DNA of 64,000 nt from an uncultured Acidimicrobiaceae bacterium (GTDB lineage: Bacteria > Actinomycetota > Acidimicrobiia > Acidimicrobiales > Bog-793): positions 360,145 to 424,144 of the forward strand of contig CAWKGD010000005.1 in NCBI GenBank assembly GCA_963849105.1. The letters are read 5' to 3'. This document shows positions 48,578 to 56,834 of this stretch, piece after piece. The stretch's first letter is position 1; each line of letters begins with the position of its first letter. Below the pieces are notes generated by a model. It was given only the letters and a program-made list of their open reading frames with translations, was not told where the DNA came from and searched no databases. A program made the translations under genes and the position numbers.

Positions 48578-49947
48578 CGATCCGCCCCCGCCACTTGAGC
48601 CGCCACCTTCCAGGCGCCGACCATTCCCGAGCGTCCCTTAACCGTCGACGGCGGGATCGGCTCCGCCACGACCGGATCCTGCAGCGCGGCGTGCGTCGCT
48701 TCGGAGACCACGGTTTCTCCGGGTTCTGCCCACTGCTGAATGCGCTGCGCGAGGTTCACGGTGTCGCCGACGACCGTGTACTCCAAGTGCTCATCCGATC
48801 CGAGCAGCGCCGCCGCCACCTCGCCAGTCGTGATGCCGATGCCGAGGCCGAATTCCGGCAGACCTTCGTCGCGCCAGTGCTCGTTGACCGCGCCTTGTGC
48901 GCGGTGCATCGCCAGCGCGGCGCGCAGCGCCTTGTCGGCGTGGTCTTCGATCGGAACCGGCGCGCCGAAGACGGCCATCACCGCGTCACCGACGAACTGC
49001 ATGACGGTGCCACCTTGCGCGATCACTGCCCTGTTCATCTCGCCGCGGTGCACGTTCAACTGCCCGGCGAGCGCGCTCGGATCGGCGTGTTCGGCGATCG
49101 TCGAGTAGCCGCGGATGTCCGACATCAAGACGCTGACGTTGAGCTGCACCGTCTCGCCCGGACGGCACCCCTCGTCACGAAGCATCCGCGCGACACCGCC
49201 CGGGAGCAGCCGGCTGAGCGTCTCTCCTTGTTCTTCGCGGTCAACGATCGCTTCGTGCAGTCTGCGCAACTGCCGCAGCGACTGGCGCCCGCCGCTGCTC
49301 GCGTCCTTCGCCAGGCGGAGGAACAGCCGCTCGACTGCCTCCGCCGTCGCCGCCGGGGTCGTGTTCGTGGCGACGGCGATCGCCTTGATCGGGCGACCCT
49401 CGGCGACGAGCTTCAAGAGCTGTTCGTCGGATTCGTCGAGCCCGCCCGAATCGGTGACGGGATGGACCATCGACTCGACGATCGCCGGATCGAGCACCGA
49501 ACCCCCCGTGGCCACGGCTCGCACGGCCCGAGCGAGCTGGTCTCCCTCCGCGACGCGGTCCTTCAAGAGGTACGCGTAGCCGGCCGACCCTTCGGCGAGC
49601 AGCGAGATCGCGTACTCGGGATCGTCGAATTGGGAGAGGACGACGATCCCCGTCCCGGGATGGCGCTTGCGGATCTCGTGCGCCGCGTCGATGCCTTCTT
49701 GTTGGAAGTTCGGCGGCATCCTGATGTCGGTGACCACGACTTGCGGCGCGAGACGCTCCGATTCCGACACGAGTTCGTCGTAGTCACCGGCGGTGCCGAC
49801 GAGTTCGAAGTCGCGCTCCAGCCCGAGTAGCGCCTTCACGCCTTCTCTGACGATCAAATTGTCGTCCGCGAGAAAGACGGTGATCGTCGGCCCCCCAACG
49901 CCTCGATCGCGTCCCGCGATCTGCCGTTCCTCCTCGAGCGTAGACAC
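48574..49947 (-). CDS. response regulator with receiver + degenerate LuxR-like HTH + class III nucleotide cyclase output
   Basis: 457 aa. Receiver LADDN, VVTDIRMPP, AYLLKDRV. The middle segment LLKLVAEGRPIKAIA...AEAVERLFLRLAK aligns to the LuxR HTH. Cyclase motifs VLMSDIRGYS, MQFVGDAVMAVFGAP, GDTVNLAQRIQ. Confidence 0.9.
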   Translation of the reverse strand: MSTLEEERQIAGRDRGVGGPTITVFLADDNLIVREGVKALLGLERDFELVGTAGDYDELVSESERLAPQVVVTDIRMPPNFQQEGIDAAHEIRKRHPGTGIVVLSQFDDPEYAISLLAEGSAGYAYLLKDRVAEGDQLARAVRAVATGGSVLDPAIVESMVHPVTDSGGLDESDEQLLKLVAEGRPIKAIAVATNTTPAATAEAVERLFLRLAKDASSGGRQSLRQLRRLHEAIVDREEQGETLSRLLPGGVARMLRDEGCRPGETVQLNVSVLMSDIRGYSTIAEHADPSALAGQLNVHRGEMNRAVIAQGGTVMQFVGDAVMAVFGAPVPIEDHADKALRAALAMHRAQGAVNEHWRDEGLPEFGLGIGITTGEVAAALLGSDEHLEYTVVGDTVNLAQRIQQWAEPGETVVSEATHAALQDPVVAEPIPPSTVKGRSGMVGAWKVAAQVAGADR

Positions 49948-49948
49948 G

Positions 49949-51007
49949 TCAGCTCTGTTCCCGCCGGTGCCCGCTCGCGAGTTCCCTCAGGACGTCGCTG
50001 TCGAACTGGTCGGCCGACGCGAAGGCGAGCTTGCACTTCGTTACTGCTCGCACTGTCGCGGTGCGCTTGCCGCCTTCGAGCGCGGCGCGCTCGCCGTGGA
50101 TCGACCCAGGACCGCACTCGACGAGCGGCTTGCCGTCGACCTCGACGCGCACGACACCGTCGAGGACCAAGAACAGATCGCGGCCGGCGTCTCCTTGCTC
50201 GAGGATCGTTGAGCCTTCCTTCACCGTCGCGACGCGTGGACGCTCGCCGCCACGCATCAGCTCGCCCGACATCTCGCGTTCGAGCGCGGTCTCGATCGCC
50301 GTCGTGAGCGCCCGCGAATCGCGGTCGCCCCATGGACTGTGAACGCCAAACGCGCGGCGGTACCAATTCGAGAAGTCGATCAGTCCGGACTTCTGGGCGA
50401 GCTTGCCGTCCGGCCCGTAGATCCAGTGCCGCGGGAACGAACTCGCGCCGCGCACGTCAATGTGCGTACGCCCGTCAACAAAGATCGTCAGGGCGAGCGT
50501 CGTCCATACCAAGGGCGCCGACAACTGGATGAACGGCGCCCGCCGGACGCGCCGCGGCGCGGGAATGCCCGTCCGCCCGCCGGCCGTCTGGACGAACGTC
50601 ACGCTGCGATCGGTGACGATCGGCTCGGGGCGGATGTCGGGAAGCGGCACCGCCTGGAAGGTCTTCTCGATGCCGGCGAGCCGCACCGTCGTCGAACCGA
50701 TCACCCCACCACCGGACTGTCCGTGGTCGACGATCCGGCCGTTCTCGGTTTCGATGAAGCCGCGCAGTTCATTGGCGAAACGGAAACGGTCCGCCAGGCG
50801 CAGCTCCTCGAGGTCCCTCACGACCTCCGGCGGTGCGTTGTCGTAATGGGTGATCCCGATGTCGAAGGGCGCACGCACCGCGACGCCGCTGATCGCCTCC
50901 GACGGGATCCAAGAGATCGAAGTGACCGAAGCCTCGGTGCGCATCATCGCCCCCCAGGCGGGCTGTCGCCCGCTCCGCCCGCGTCGGACGCGCGGGTTCT
51001 CGTGCAT
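49949..51007 (-). CDS. cyclic-nucleotide-binding (CNB) domain protein with uncharacterised N-terminal domain of about 230 aa
   Basis: 352 aa. The C-terminal roughly 95 aa has a CNB beta-barrel and phosphate-binding cassette (LFLVLDGVVRV...GPGSIHGERAALEGGKRTATVRA). The N-domain is not recognised. The start could be M21/M22 rather than M1. Confidence 0.85.
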   Translation of the reverse strand: MHENPRVRRGRSGRQPAWGAMMRTEASVTSISWIPSEAISGVAVRAPFDIGITHYDNAPPEVVRDLEELRLADRFRFANELRGFIETENGRIVDHGQSGGGVIGSTTVRLAGIEKTFQAVPLPDIRPEPIVTDRSVTFVQTAGGRTGIPAPRRVRRAPFIQLSAPLVWTTLALTIFVDGRTHIDVRGASSFPRHWIYGPDGKLAQKSGLIDFSNWYRRAFGVHSPWGDRDSRALTTAIETALEREMSGELMRGGERPRVATVKEGSTILEQGDAGRDLFLVLDGVVRVEVDGKPLVECGPGSIHGERAALEGGKRTATVRAVTKCKLAFASADQFDSDVLRELASGHRREQS

Positions 51008-51075
51008 TCAGTGTGCTGCCAAACGGCGACTTCGCAAAGGGTGAGAACCGGTGTTCGCGATGGAGGCAGACACCC

Positions 51076-51106
51076 CCAGCTCACCGGGCCCTCCCGCCCC
51101 GGCTGG
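51076..51106 (-). terminator. GC-rich stem-loop just after the oxidoreductase stop, upstream of the cNMP operon
   Basis: CCAG-(c tca)-CCGGG-N9-CCCGG-CTGG read directly from the sequence. No U-tract. Confidence 0.25.
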
Positions 51107-51108
51107 CT

Positions 51109-52590
51109 TCACAGGTCGCGTCGGAGTCGGCCCCGTCCGAGGTCAAAAAGCGCCGTCTCGGCGGCGTGCACCCCGCACATGCCGTGGACGCCGCCGCCCG
51201 GCGGAGTCGACGCGGAGCAGAGGTAGACGCCTTTCAGCGGCGTGCGGTACGGATTCCACCGCACGACGGGCCGGAACAGGGTCTGGAGAAGGCTCGCCGA
51301 GCCACCGGCGATGTCGCCGCCGATGTCGTTCGGGTTCTCCTCCTCCAGTAGCGCTGGACCCCGCACCGCTCTTGTCGCGACGACGTCGCGGAAGCCGGGG
51401 GCGAAGCGCTCGATTTGGGCTTCAATGCGTCCTGTCATGTCGAGGTAAGACCCGTTCGGGACGTGGCAGTACGCCCACAACGTCGCGCGTCCGACGGGCG
51501 CTCGCGACGGATCGATCACGCCCGGTTGCACGACGATGCAGAACGGCCGGTCGGGATGGCGACCCTCGGCGACGTCGGACTCCGACCGCGCGACCTCCTC
51601 GAAGGAGCCACCGACGTGCACCGTTCCCGCCACGCGGCAAGCGGGAGACGTCCAGGGGACGGCCCCATTCAGCGCGTAGTCGACCTTGAAGACGCCGGGT
51701 CCGTATCGGAAGTGCTCGAGCGCGCGCCGGTAGCGCCGCGGAAAAGCGTCACCGACGATCCGGGAAAGAGCGCGAGGTGCGACATCGAAAAGCACGATCT
51801 CGGCGTTGCCCACGTCGGACAACCCGCGCACCCACGACCCGCACGACACCTTCCCGCCGAGCCCTTCCAGCTCTCGTACGAGCGCATCAACAACCTTCGA
51901 GCTCCCGCCGCGCACGACCGGCCATCCGGTCGAGTGCGCGAGCGTCGTGAGCAGCAGTGCGAACGATGCCGTCAAGGGTTGATCGAGCGAGAGCATCGAG
52001 TGCGCAGCGACGCCTGCAATGAGTCCGCGCCCCTCGTCGGAAGAGAACCGTTGTGCAAGATGGCGAGCGGAACGGAGACCGAGCGCGCCAAAGCGCGCCA
52101 TCGTCAACGGATGCGCAGGCGGTTTGCGGATCGGTGCGAGCACCGTCGGCAGGAACTGATCGCGGTGGCGCACCATCCACGAAAAGAGTCGCCGGTACGG
52201 ATCACGATCCGCGCCGAGCGATTCCGCAGTGTCGGCGACGCTCCCCCGCACCGCGCCAGCCCGTCCACCGTCGAGCGGATGGGCGACCGCAACCTCGGGC
52301 ACCAAGAGTTCGACGCCGAGTGCCGGCCAGTCCTCGGCACGGAAGAACGGCGACTCGGCCAATAGCCCATGCACTGCCGAGCAGAGGTCGTGAACGAAGC
52401 CCGGTTCGGTCACCTCGGCGCTGCGACACCCACCACCGGGCTTCGACGACCCCTCGAGGACCTCGACGTCCAGGCCGTGTCGGGCGAGCTCGATCGCCGC
52501 CGCGAGCCCGTTCGGGCCGGATCCGACGACGACCACCCGGTTCGGCTTCGTTCCGATGCTTCGCCTAGGAAGCGCCGATGGTGATCCCAC
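51109..52590 (-). CDS. phytoene-desaturase-family NAD(P)/FAD-dependent oxidoreductase (CrtI-like)
   Basis: 493 aa with dinucleotide fold VVVVGSGPNGLAAAIELARHGLDVEVLE and a C-terminal GGGVHG motif. Confidence 0.88.
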   Translation of the reverse strand: MGSPSALPRRSIGTKPNRVVVVGSGPNGLAAAIELARHGLDVEVLEGSSKPGGGCRSAEVTEPGFVHDLCSAVHGLLAESPFFRAEDWPALGVELLVPEVAVAHPLDGGRAGAVRGSVADTAESLGADRDPYRRLFSWMVRHRDQFLPTVLAPIRKPPAHPLTMARFGALGLRSARHLAQRFSSDEGRGLIAGVAAHSMLSLDQPLTASFALLLTTLAHSTGWPVVRGGSSKVVDALVRELEGLGGKVSCGSWVRGLSDVGNAEIVLFDVAPRALSRIVGDAFPRRYRRALEHFRYGPGVFKVDYALNGAVPWTSPACRVAGTVHVGGSFEEVARSESDVAEGRHPDRPFCIVVQPGVIDPSRAPVGRATLWAYCHVPNGSYLDMTGRIEAQIERFAPGFRDVVATRAVRGPALLEEENPNDIGGDIAGGSASLLQTLFRPVVRWNPYRTPLKGVYLCSASTPPGGGVHGMCGVHAAETALFDLGRGRLRRDL

Positions 52591-52623
52591 AATCGACGCG
52601 TTAGGAGCGGCGCTCGGTTGCGC

Positions 52624-53376
52624 TCACTCGAACTTCACACTCCGCCACGCTTCGGCGACACTGCGATCGCCATCGATTGCAATGGAATCCCCATCTCCGT
52701 TATCGCGGTGGAGGATCCATCGATACAGATCTGACGCGGCACCTTGCACCGTTGCGTCGACGTCTCCGGCGATGACCTCGAGCCGATTCGGCTCGAGGTC
52801 AAGTCGCCATTCCCCCTCGACGTCGGTCGCGCGAAAGGCGATCGCGCCATGGAGTCCTTCGACCGGCTCTGCTGGTATATAGCGCTCCACGAGACCGAGG
52901 AATTCGTCGATTCCGTCGGCAGCGAGCGCGGCATCGATCGGAGAAACAGACCCCGCGCCGAGCTCCGCGTCGACGCGGTGGATCGCCGTTTCCTGCGCCA
53001 TGCGGCGGAACCAAAAGCGCGCCGGGGCAGGTGCGCGATCCGACCAGTTCCAGACCATCTCGTCCTCGGCCGTCGCGCCCAGCGCGGTGACGAGGCGAGC
53101 GAGATTGGTGTCGTATTCGGCCGCAATGGCGTCGAAGCCACCGATCAGTTCATCGACCCGTCGCAGGTGAGGTCGCGTTTGGAGGTGGTTTTCCAATACG
53201 TTCGCCACCCAGGCGTGCACTGATGTTGCGTGGCCGACGAGTGCTCGCATGTCCCAGCCTGGACAGCTCGGGATCTCAGCAGACGGCGATGTGCGCGCGA
53301 CCTTGACGAGACGCCATCCGTCGTCGCGAACGTGTTCGAGGTACGTCTCCGGATCCATCTGAAGCGAGTCTGACAC
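52624..53376 (-). CDS. maleylpyruvate-isomerase-family mycothiol-dependent enzyme (DinB superfamily)
   Basis: 250 aa. N-terminal DinB-like bundle with W..R.LVGH and H..V motifs and a C-terminal MDMPI_C-like region. Confidence 0.78.
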   Translation of the reverse strand: MSDSLQMDPETYLEHVRDDGWRLVKVARTSPSAEIPSCPGWDMRALVGHATSVHAWVANVLENHLQTRPHLRRVDELIGGFDAIAAEYDTNLARLVTALGATAEDEMVWNWSDRAPAPARFWFRRMAQETAIHRVDAELGAGSVSPIDAALAADGIDEFLGLVERYIPAEPVEGLHGAIAFRATDVEGEWRLDLEPNRLEVIAGDVDATVQGAASDLYRWILHRDNGDGDSIAIDGDRSVAEAWRSVKFE

Positions 53377-53385
53377 GTCGATCCG

Positions 53386-54417
53386 TCAGCCAGTCGCTGT
53401 CTCGATCCGACGACGCGTCGGCATCCGCAATCCCGGAATGGCACCGGTTGCAAGATCGGTCGGACCGGAGTTCGCGAGGCTGACCATCGCCGCTGCGGCG
53501 ATCATCGCCGCGTTGTCGGTGCACATCTGCGGGCTCGGCAGGTGGACCCCGAGCCCCGCTTCGCCTGCCGTCGATGAAAGCGCCCGACGCAAAGGCCCAT
53601 TTGCTGCTACACCGCCTGCGAGGCAGATCGAACGCGCGCCGACCTGTTTGGCGGCGCGAACGGCTTTCGAAACGAGGATGTCGACGACCGCCTCTTGGAA
53701 CGCCGCAGCGACATCGGCACCGTCGATCTCGGGGTGCGCTTTCACGTGACGGACGACAGCCGTCTTCAAGCCGGAGAACGAAAAGGTGAACTCGTCGTCG
53801 ATCATCGGCCGCGGGAATCGAACGCTCGTCGGGTCACCCGAGGCCGCGAGGCGCTCGATCGCCGGACCTCCGGGGTACGGCAGGCCCAAAAAACGCGCCA
53901 CCTTGTCGAACGCTTCGCCCGCCGCGTCGTCGACCGTCTCCCCGAGCACCTCGTAGCTGCCCGGAGCGGACATCTCGACGAGCAGGGTGTGACCGCCCGA
54001 TACGAGCAGCACGACCGCCGGCATCTCGACGCCGGGATCCTCGAGCATCGAGGCGAACAGGTGGCCCTCGAGGTGATTCACCCCGGCGAAAGGGATCTCC
54101 CACGCGAGCGCGAGCGCCTTCGCGTACGAGACGCCGACGAGCAACGCCCCGATCAGGCCGGGACCGGTCGTCGCGGCCACGGCCCCGAGCGATGGCTCCT
54201 CCGGCGAAAGCCCCGCGCCTTCGAGCGCTTCGAGCACGACCGGTGTGATCCGCTCGAGATGGGCGCGTCCCGCGAGTTCGGGGACGACGCCGCCAAAGCG
54301 CGCGTGCAAGTCGACCTGGCTCGAGACGATCGATGACCGAATGACGCGGCCGTCTTCCACAACGGCCGCCGCCGTTTCGTCACAGGACGTTTCAATGCCG
54401 AGGACGAGCGTGCTCAT
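53386..54417 (-). CDS. tsaD: tRNA N6-adenosine threonylcarbamoyltransferase
   Basis: 343 aa starting LVLGIETSCDETAAAV, with VNHLEGH, SGGHT and a CTDNAAMIA-like motif. Confidence 0.96.
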   Translation of the reverse strand: MSTLVLGIETSCDETAAAVVEDGRVIRSSIVSSQVDLHARFGGVVPELAGRAHLERITPVVLEALEGAGLSPEEPSLGAVAATTGPGLIGALLVGVSYAKALALAWEIPFAGVNHLEGHLFASMLEDPGVEMPAVVLLVSGGHTLLVEMSAPGSYEVLGETVDDAAGEAFDKVARFLGLPYPGGPAIERLAASGDPTSVRFPRPMIDDEFTFSFSGLKTAVVRHVKAHPEIDGADVAAAFQEAVVDILVSKAVRAAKQVGARSICLAGGVAANGPLRRALSSTAGEAGLGVHLPSPQMCTDNAAMIAAAAMVSLANSGPTDLATGAIPGLRMPTRRRIETATG

Positions 54418-54998
54418 TTTGAGGTCCGTTCTTCGACGCTTTCGCCGAGTGCACGAGCGATCGAACGAAGCCGCTCGCCGTACTCAACGGAATCGGCATC
54501 GCCGAGGTGCATGACGAGGCCGTCCTCGCCCGTCGCGACGTAGTAGTTCTTCCGGACACCGACTGGGGCGAATCCGAACCACTCGTACAGACGCTGGGCG
54601 GGGGCGTTCGACATCCGCACTTCGAGGGTGATCGATTCGGCTCCCCACTCGCACGCGTCGGCGACGAATCGGTAGAGCAGTCGGGCACCGATCTTGCGCT
54701 TCTGCCAGGACGGCGCGACCCCGATCGTCGTCACGTGCGCCTCGCCGGCGACGAGAATCCCCCCCGCGTAGCCGACGACGTTTCCGCCCGCGATGGCGAC
54801 GTAGTAGCGCCGCGTCGAGCGTTGCGCGAGCTCGGAGAGGTACAGGCCCTGCGACCACGGCTCGGCGAAGATCTCACGTTCGATCGCGACGACGGCCTGG
54901 ATGTCGCGCCGACGCATCTCGACGATGTGGACAACTTCGCCGTTGCGAGGCGGAAGCGGCAGCCCGATCCTGCGCCGCCCTGGTCGATGAAAGGTCAA
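54414..54998 (-). CDS. rimI: ribosomal-protein-alanine N-acetyltransferase
   Basis: GNAT fold (RKIGARLL, EVRMSNAPAQRLYEWFGF). A TTG start at 54998 overlaps the tsaB stop (TTGA). An alternative ATG at 54917 (MRRRDIQAV) would give a more typical length. Confidence 0.85.
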   Translation of the reverse strand: MTFHRPGRRRIGLPLPPRNGEVVHIVEMRRRDIQAVVAIEREIFAEPWSQGLYLSELAQRSTRRYYVAIAGGNVVGYAGGILVAGEAHVTTIGVAPSWQKRKIGARLLYRFVADACEWGAESITLEVRMSNAPAQRLYEWFGFAPVGVRKNYYVATGEDGLVMHLGDADSVEYGERLRSIARALGESVEERTSK

Positions 54999-55750
54999 CG
55001 GTGCGTCCGCGAAATCGTGGTCGTCCGCGTCTCGAAATTCGCCACGGCGTCAGCCTGGCGAAGGTAGACGGGTGCGACCGACAACGCGTCCTCGACGGCG
55101 CCCCGACAGAACCTGGCGAAGCCGACGCGACCGACGGCTCCGACCGACGGTGCGAAGAGCATCTCGTCATCGATGATCCGCGCGTCGATGGATCGGTCAA
55201 GGTGGCCCGAAAGACGCCTGGTGCCGTCGCCGACGAGCACAACCGGAGCTGATTTCAAAAGACGCGAGACGAGCGTTCCTGCGGTACCGATCTCGAGCGA
55301 GCCGTCTTCGAATTCCCAAGCGACCTCGTTTCGGCGCATATCGACCACCGGGACGATCGCGACGCCGTCACCGAGGGCCTGCCTCGCCATCTCCCGTAGC
55401 GCTTGGGTGCTCCGCACAGCGACGACTGGGATTGCAAGCGCCAAGGCGAAGGCTTTGGCCGCTGCGATCCCGACGCGCAATCCGGTGAACAGACCCGGTC
55501 CCACGTCTACGGCGATCGCGCCGAGCGCCCGTGCGGGCGTGCTCGACTCGACGAGAACCCGCTCGATTGCCGGATGGAGGGTCTCGACGTGCAGCCGCCC
55601 CGGTCGGGTCGATGACGACACCAAGACGCGATCGTCCGCGAAAACCGCCGCGCCGACTTCGAGCGTCGCCGTCTCCAGCGCAAGGAGCCTCAAGCGGACC
55701 GCCTCTTCACGACGTCCCGCTCGATACGCCGGACACAGCCCGTTCGACAC
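54995..55750 (-). CDS. tsaB: tRNA threonylcarbamoyladenosine biosynthesis protein TsaB
   Basis: LLALETAT...VDVGPGLFTGLRVGIAAAKAF pattern. The start is uncertain: GTG at 55750 overlaps tsaE by 44 nt, while TTG at 55693 avoids the overlap. Confidence 0.85.
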   Translation of the reverse strand: MSNGLCPAYRAGRREEAVRLRLLALETATLEVGAAVFADDRVLVSSSTRPGRLHVETLHPAIERVLVESSTPARALGAIAVDVGPGLFTGLRVGIAAAKAFALALAIPVVAVRSTQALREMARQALGDGVAIVPVVDMRRNEVAWEFEDGSLEIGTAGTLVSRLLKSAPVVLVGDGTRRLSGHLDRSIDARIIDDEMLFAPSVGAVGRVGFARFCRGAVEDALSVAPVYLRQADAVANFETRTTTISRTHR

Positions 55751-56228
55751 GATCGTTCAAGGTGTCAAAGCGCGACAACCAATTCGCGTCCTCGCAGCGG
55801 AAGGTGACCTGGCGCTGGTCGATGTCATCGTCCGCTTCCTGAGTGAGGGAGCATTCCAGCGCGTCCTGTCCGAGCCGGGCGCGCAAGCGCTCACCCCACT
55901 CGACGATCACGACGCAGCCGTCATCGAGCATCTCATTGAGCGCGAGGTCCGCCAGGTCGTCCTCGTCGTCGATTCGGTAACAGTCGACGTGCGCGACCGG
56001 CGGATCGCAGTCGTAGCGGTGGCACAGCGTGAACGTGGGGCTCGTGACCCCCGACGCGCCGAGCGCTTCGACTATCGCCTTCGTGAGGGTGGTCTTTCCC
56101 GCCCCGAGCTCGCCGACGAGCAGGACGACGTCGCCAGGGACAAGCAGCGACGCGACCGCCGCGCCGACGCGCTTCGTCTCTTCGACCGCACGCGACGTGA
56201 CCGCGAAGGTGGAAGTGACTTCGCTCAT
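55707..56228 (-). CDS. tsaE: tRNA threonylcarbamoyladenosine biosynthesis ATPase TsaE
   Basis: 173 aa with Walker [21 protein letters not shown] and HVDCYR motifs. Confidence 0.9.
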   Translation of the reverse strand: MSEVTSTFAVTSRAVEETKRVGAAVASLLVPGDVVLLVGELGAGKTTLTKAIVEALGASGVTSPTFTLCHRYDCDPPVAHVDCYRIDDEDDLADLALNEMLDDGCVVIVEWGERLRARLGQDALECSLTQEADDDIDQRQVTFRCEDANWLSRFDTLNDRVERAVSGVSSGTS

Positions 56229-56791
56229 GCCTCGCCTTTGTCCGTCAATACCCGCTTTGCCCGTACGAAGTCGGCGCGCATCTGCGCGAGCACCACCCCG
56301 CCTCCGCGCAACGCCGCCGCAGGATGAAACGTCGGCACGAGCACGCCGCGACCGAACGGGTACGTGCGTCCCCTCAACCTGGTGACCCCGTCGGTCGCGC
56401 CGAGCAACGCCCGGGCGGCGAAATTGCCGAGGGTGACGACGACACCCGGATCGACGGCCTCGATCTGGCCGTCGAGGAAGTGCCGGCAGGCGGCGACCTC
56501 TTCAGGATGTGGGTCGCGATTGTTCGGCGGCCGGCATTTCACGACGTTCGCGATGTAGCACTCGGCGCGAGTCAATCCAATTTCCTCTTCGATCAGTCGA
56601 TCAAGCAGCTTGCCGGAACGCCCGACGAACGGCTCGCCCTCGAGGTCTTCATCTCGCCCCGGTCCCTCGCCGACGAACATCAGTCGCGCGCGCGGCGACC
56701 CGGCGGCGAAAACGACGTTCGTGCGTCCGTCGGCGAGTGGGCACGCGACACAGGCCTTCGCGGCTCGCTCGAGCTCCGCGAGCGAGACCAC
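56225..56791 (-). CDS. uracil-DNA glycosylase, family 4
   Basis: The in-frame GTG at 56791 gives 188 aa. Motifs: [35 protein letters not shown]. The longer tool ORF would overlap alr by about 200 nt. Confidence 0.85.
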   Translation of the reverse strand: MVSLAELERAAKACVACPLADGRTNVVFAAGSPRARLMFVGEGPGRDEDLEGEPFVGRSGKLLDRLIEEEIGLTRAECYIANVVKCRPPNNRDPHPEEVAACRHFLDGQIEAVDPGVVVTLGNFAARALLGATDGVTRLRGRTYPFGRGVLVPTFHPAAALRGGGVVLAQMRADFVRAKRVLTDKGEA

Positions 56792-56834
56792 CCTTCCATC
56801 GTAACCCCCTGACCAGGAGGTTCCTTCCGGCGCC

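Noticed and set aside
51008-51108. Looked for a CRP/cAMP-receptor-type operator (TGTGA-N6-TCACA) in front of the cNMP operon
   Set aside because: Only weak symmetric elements are present (GGTGT-N15-ACACC), with the wrong spacing and half-sites. There is no support for CRP autoregulation from the sequence alone.
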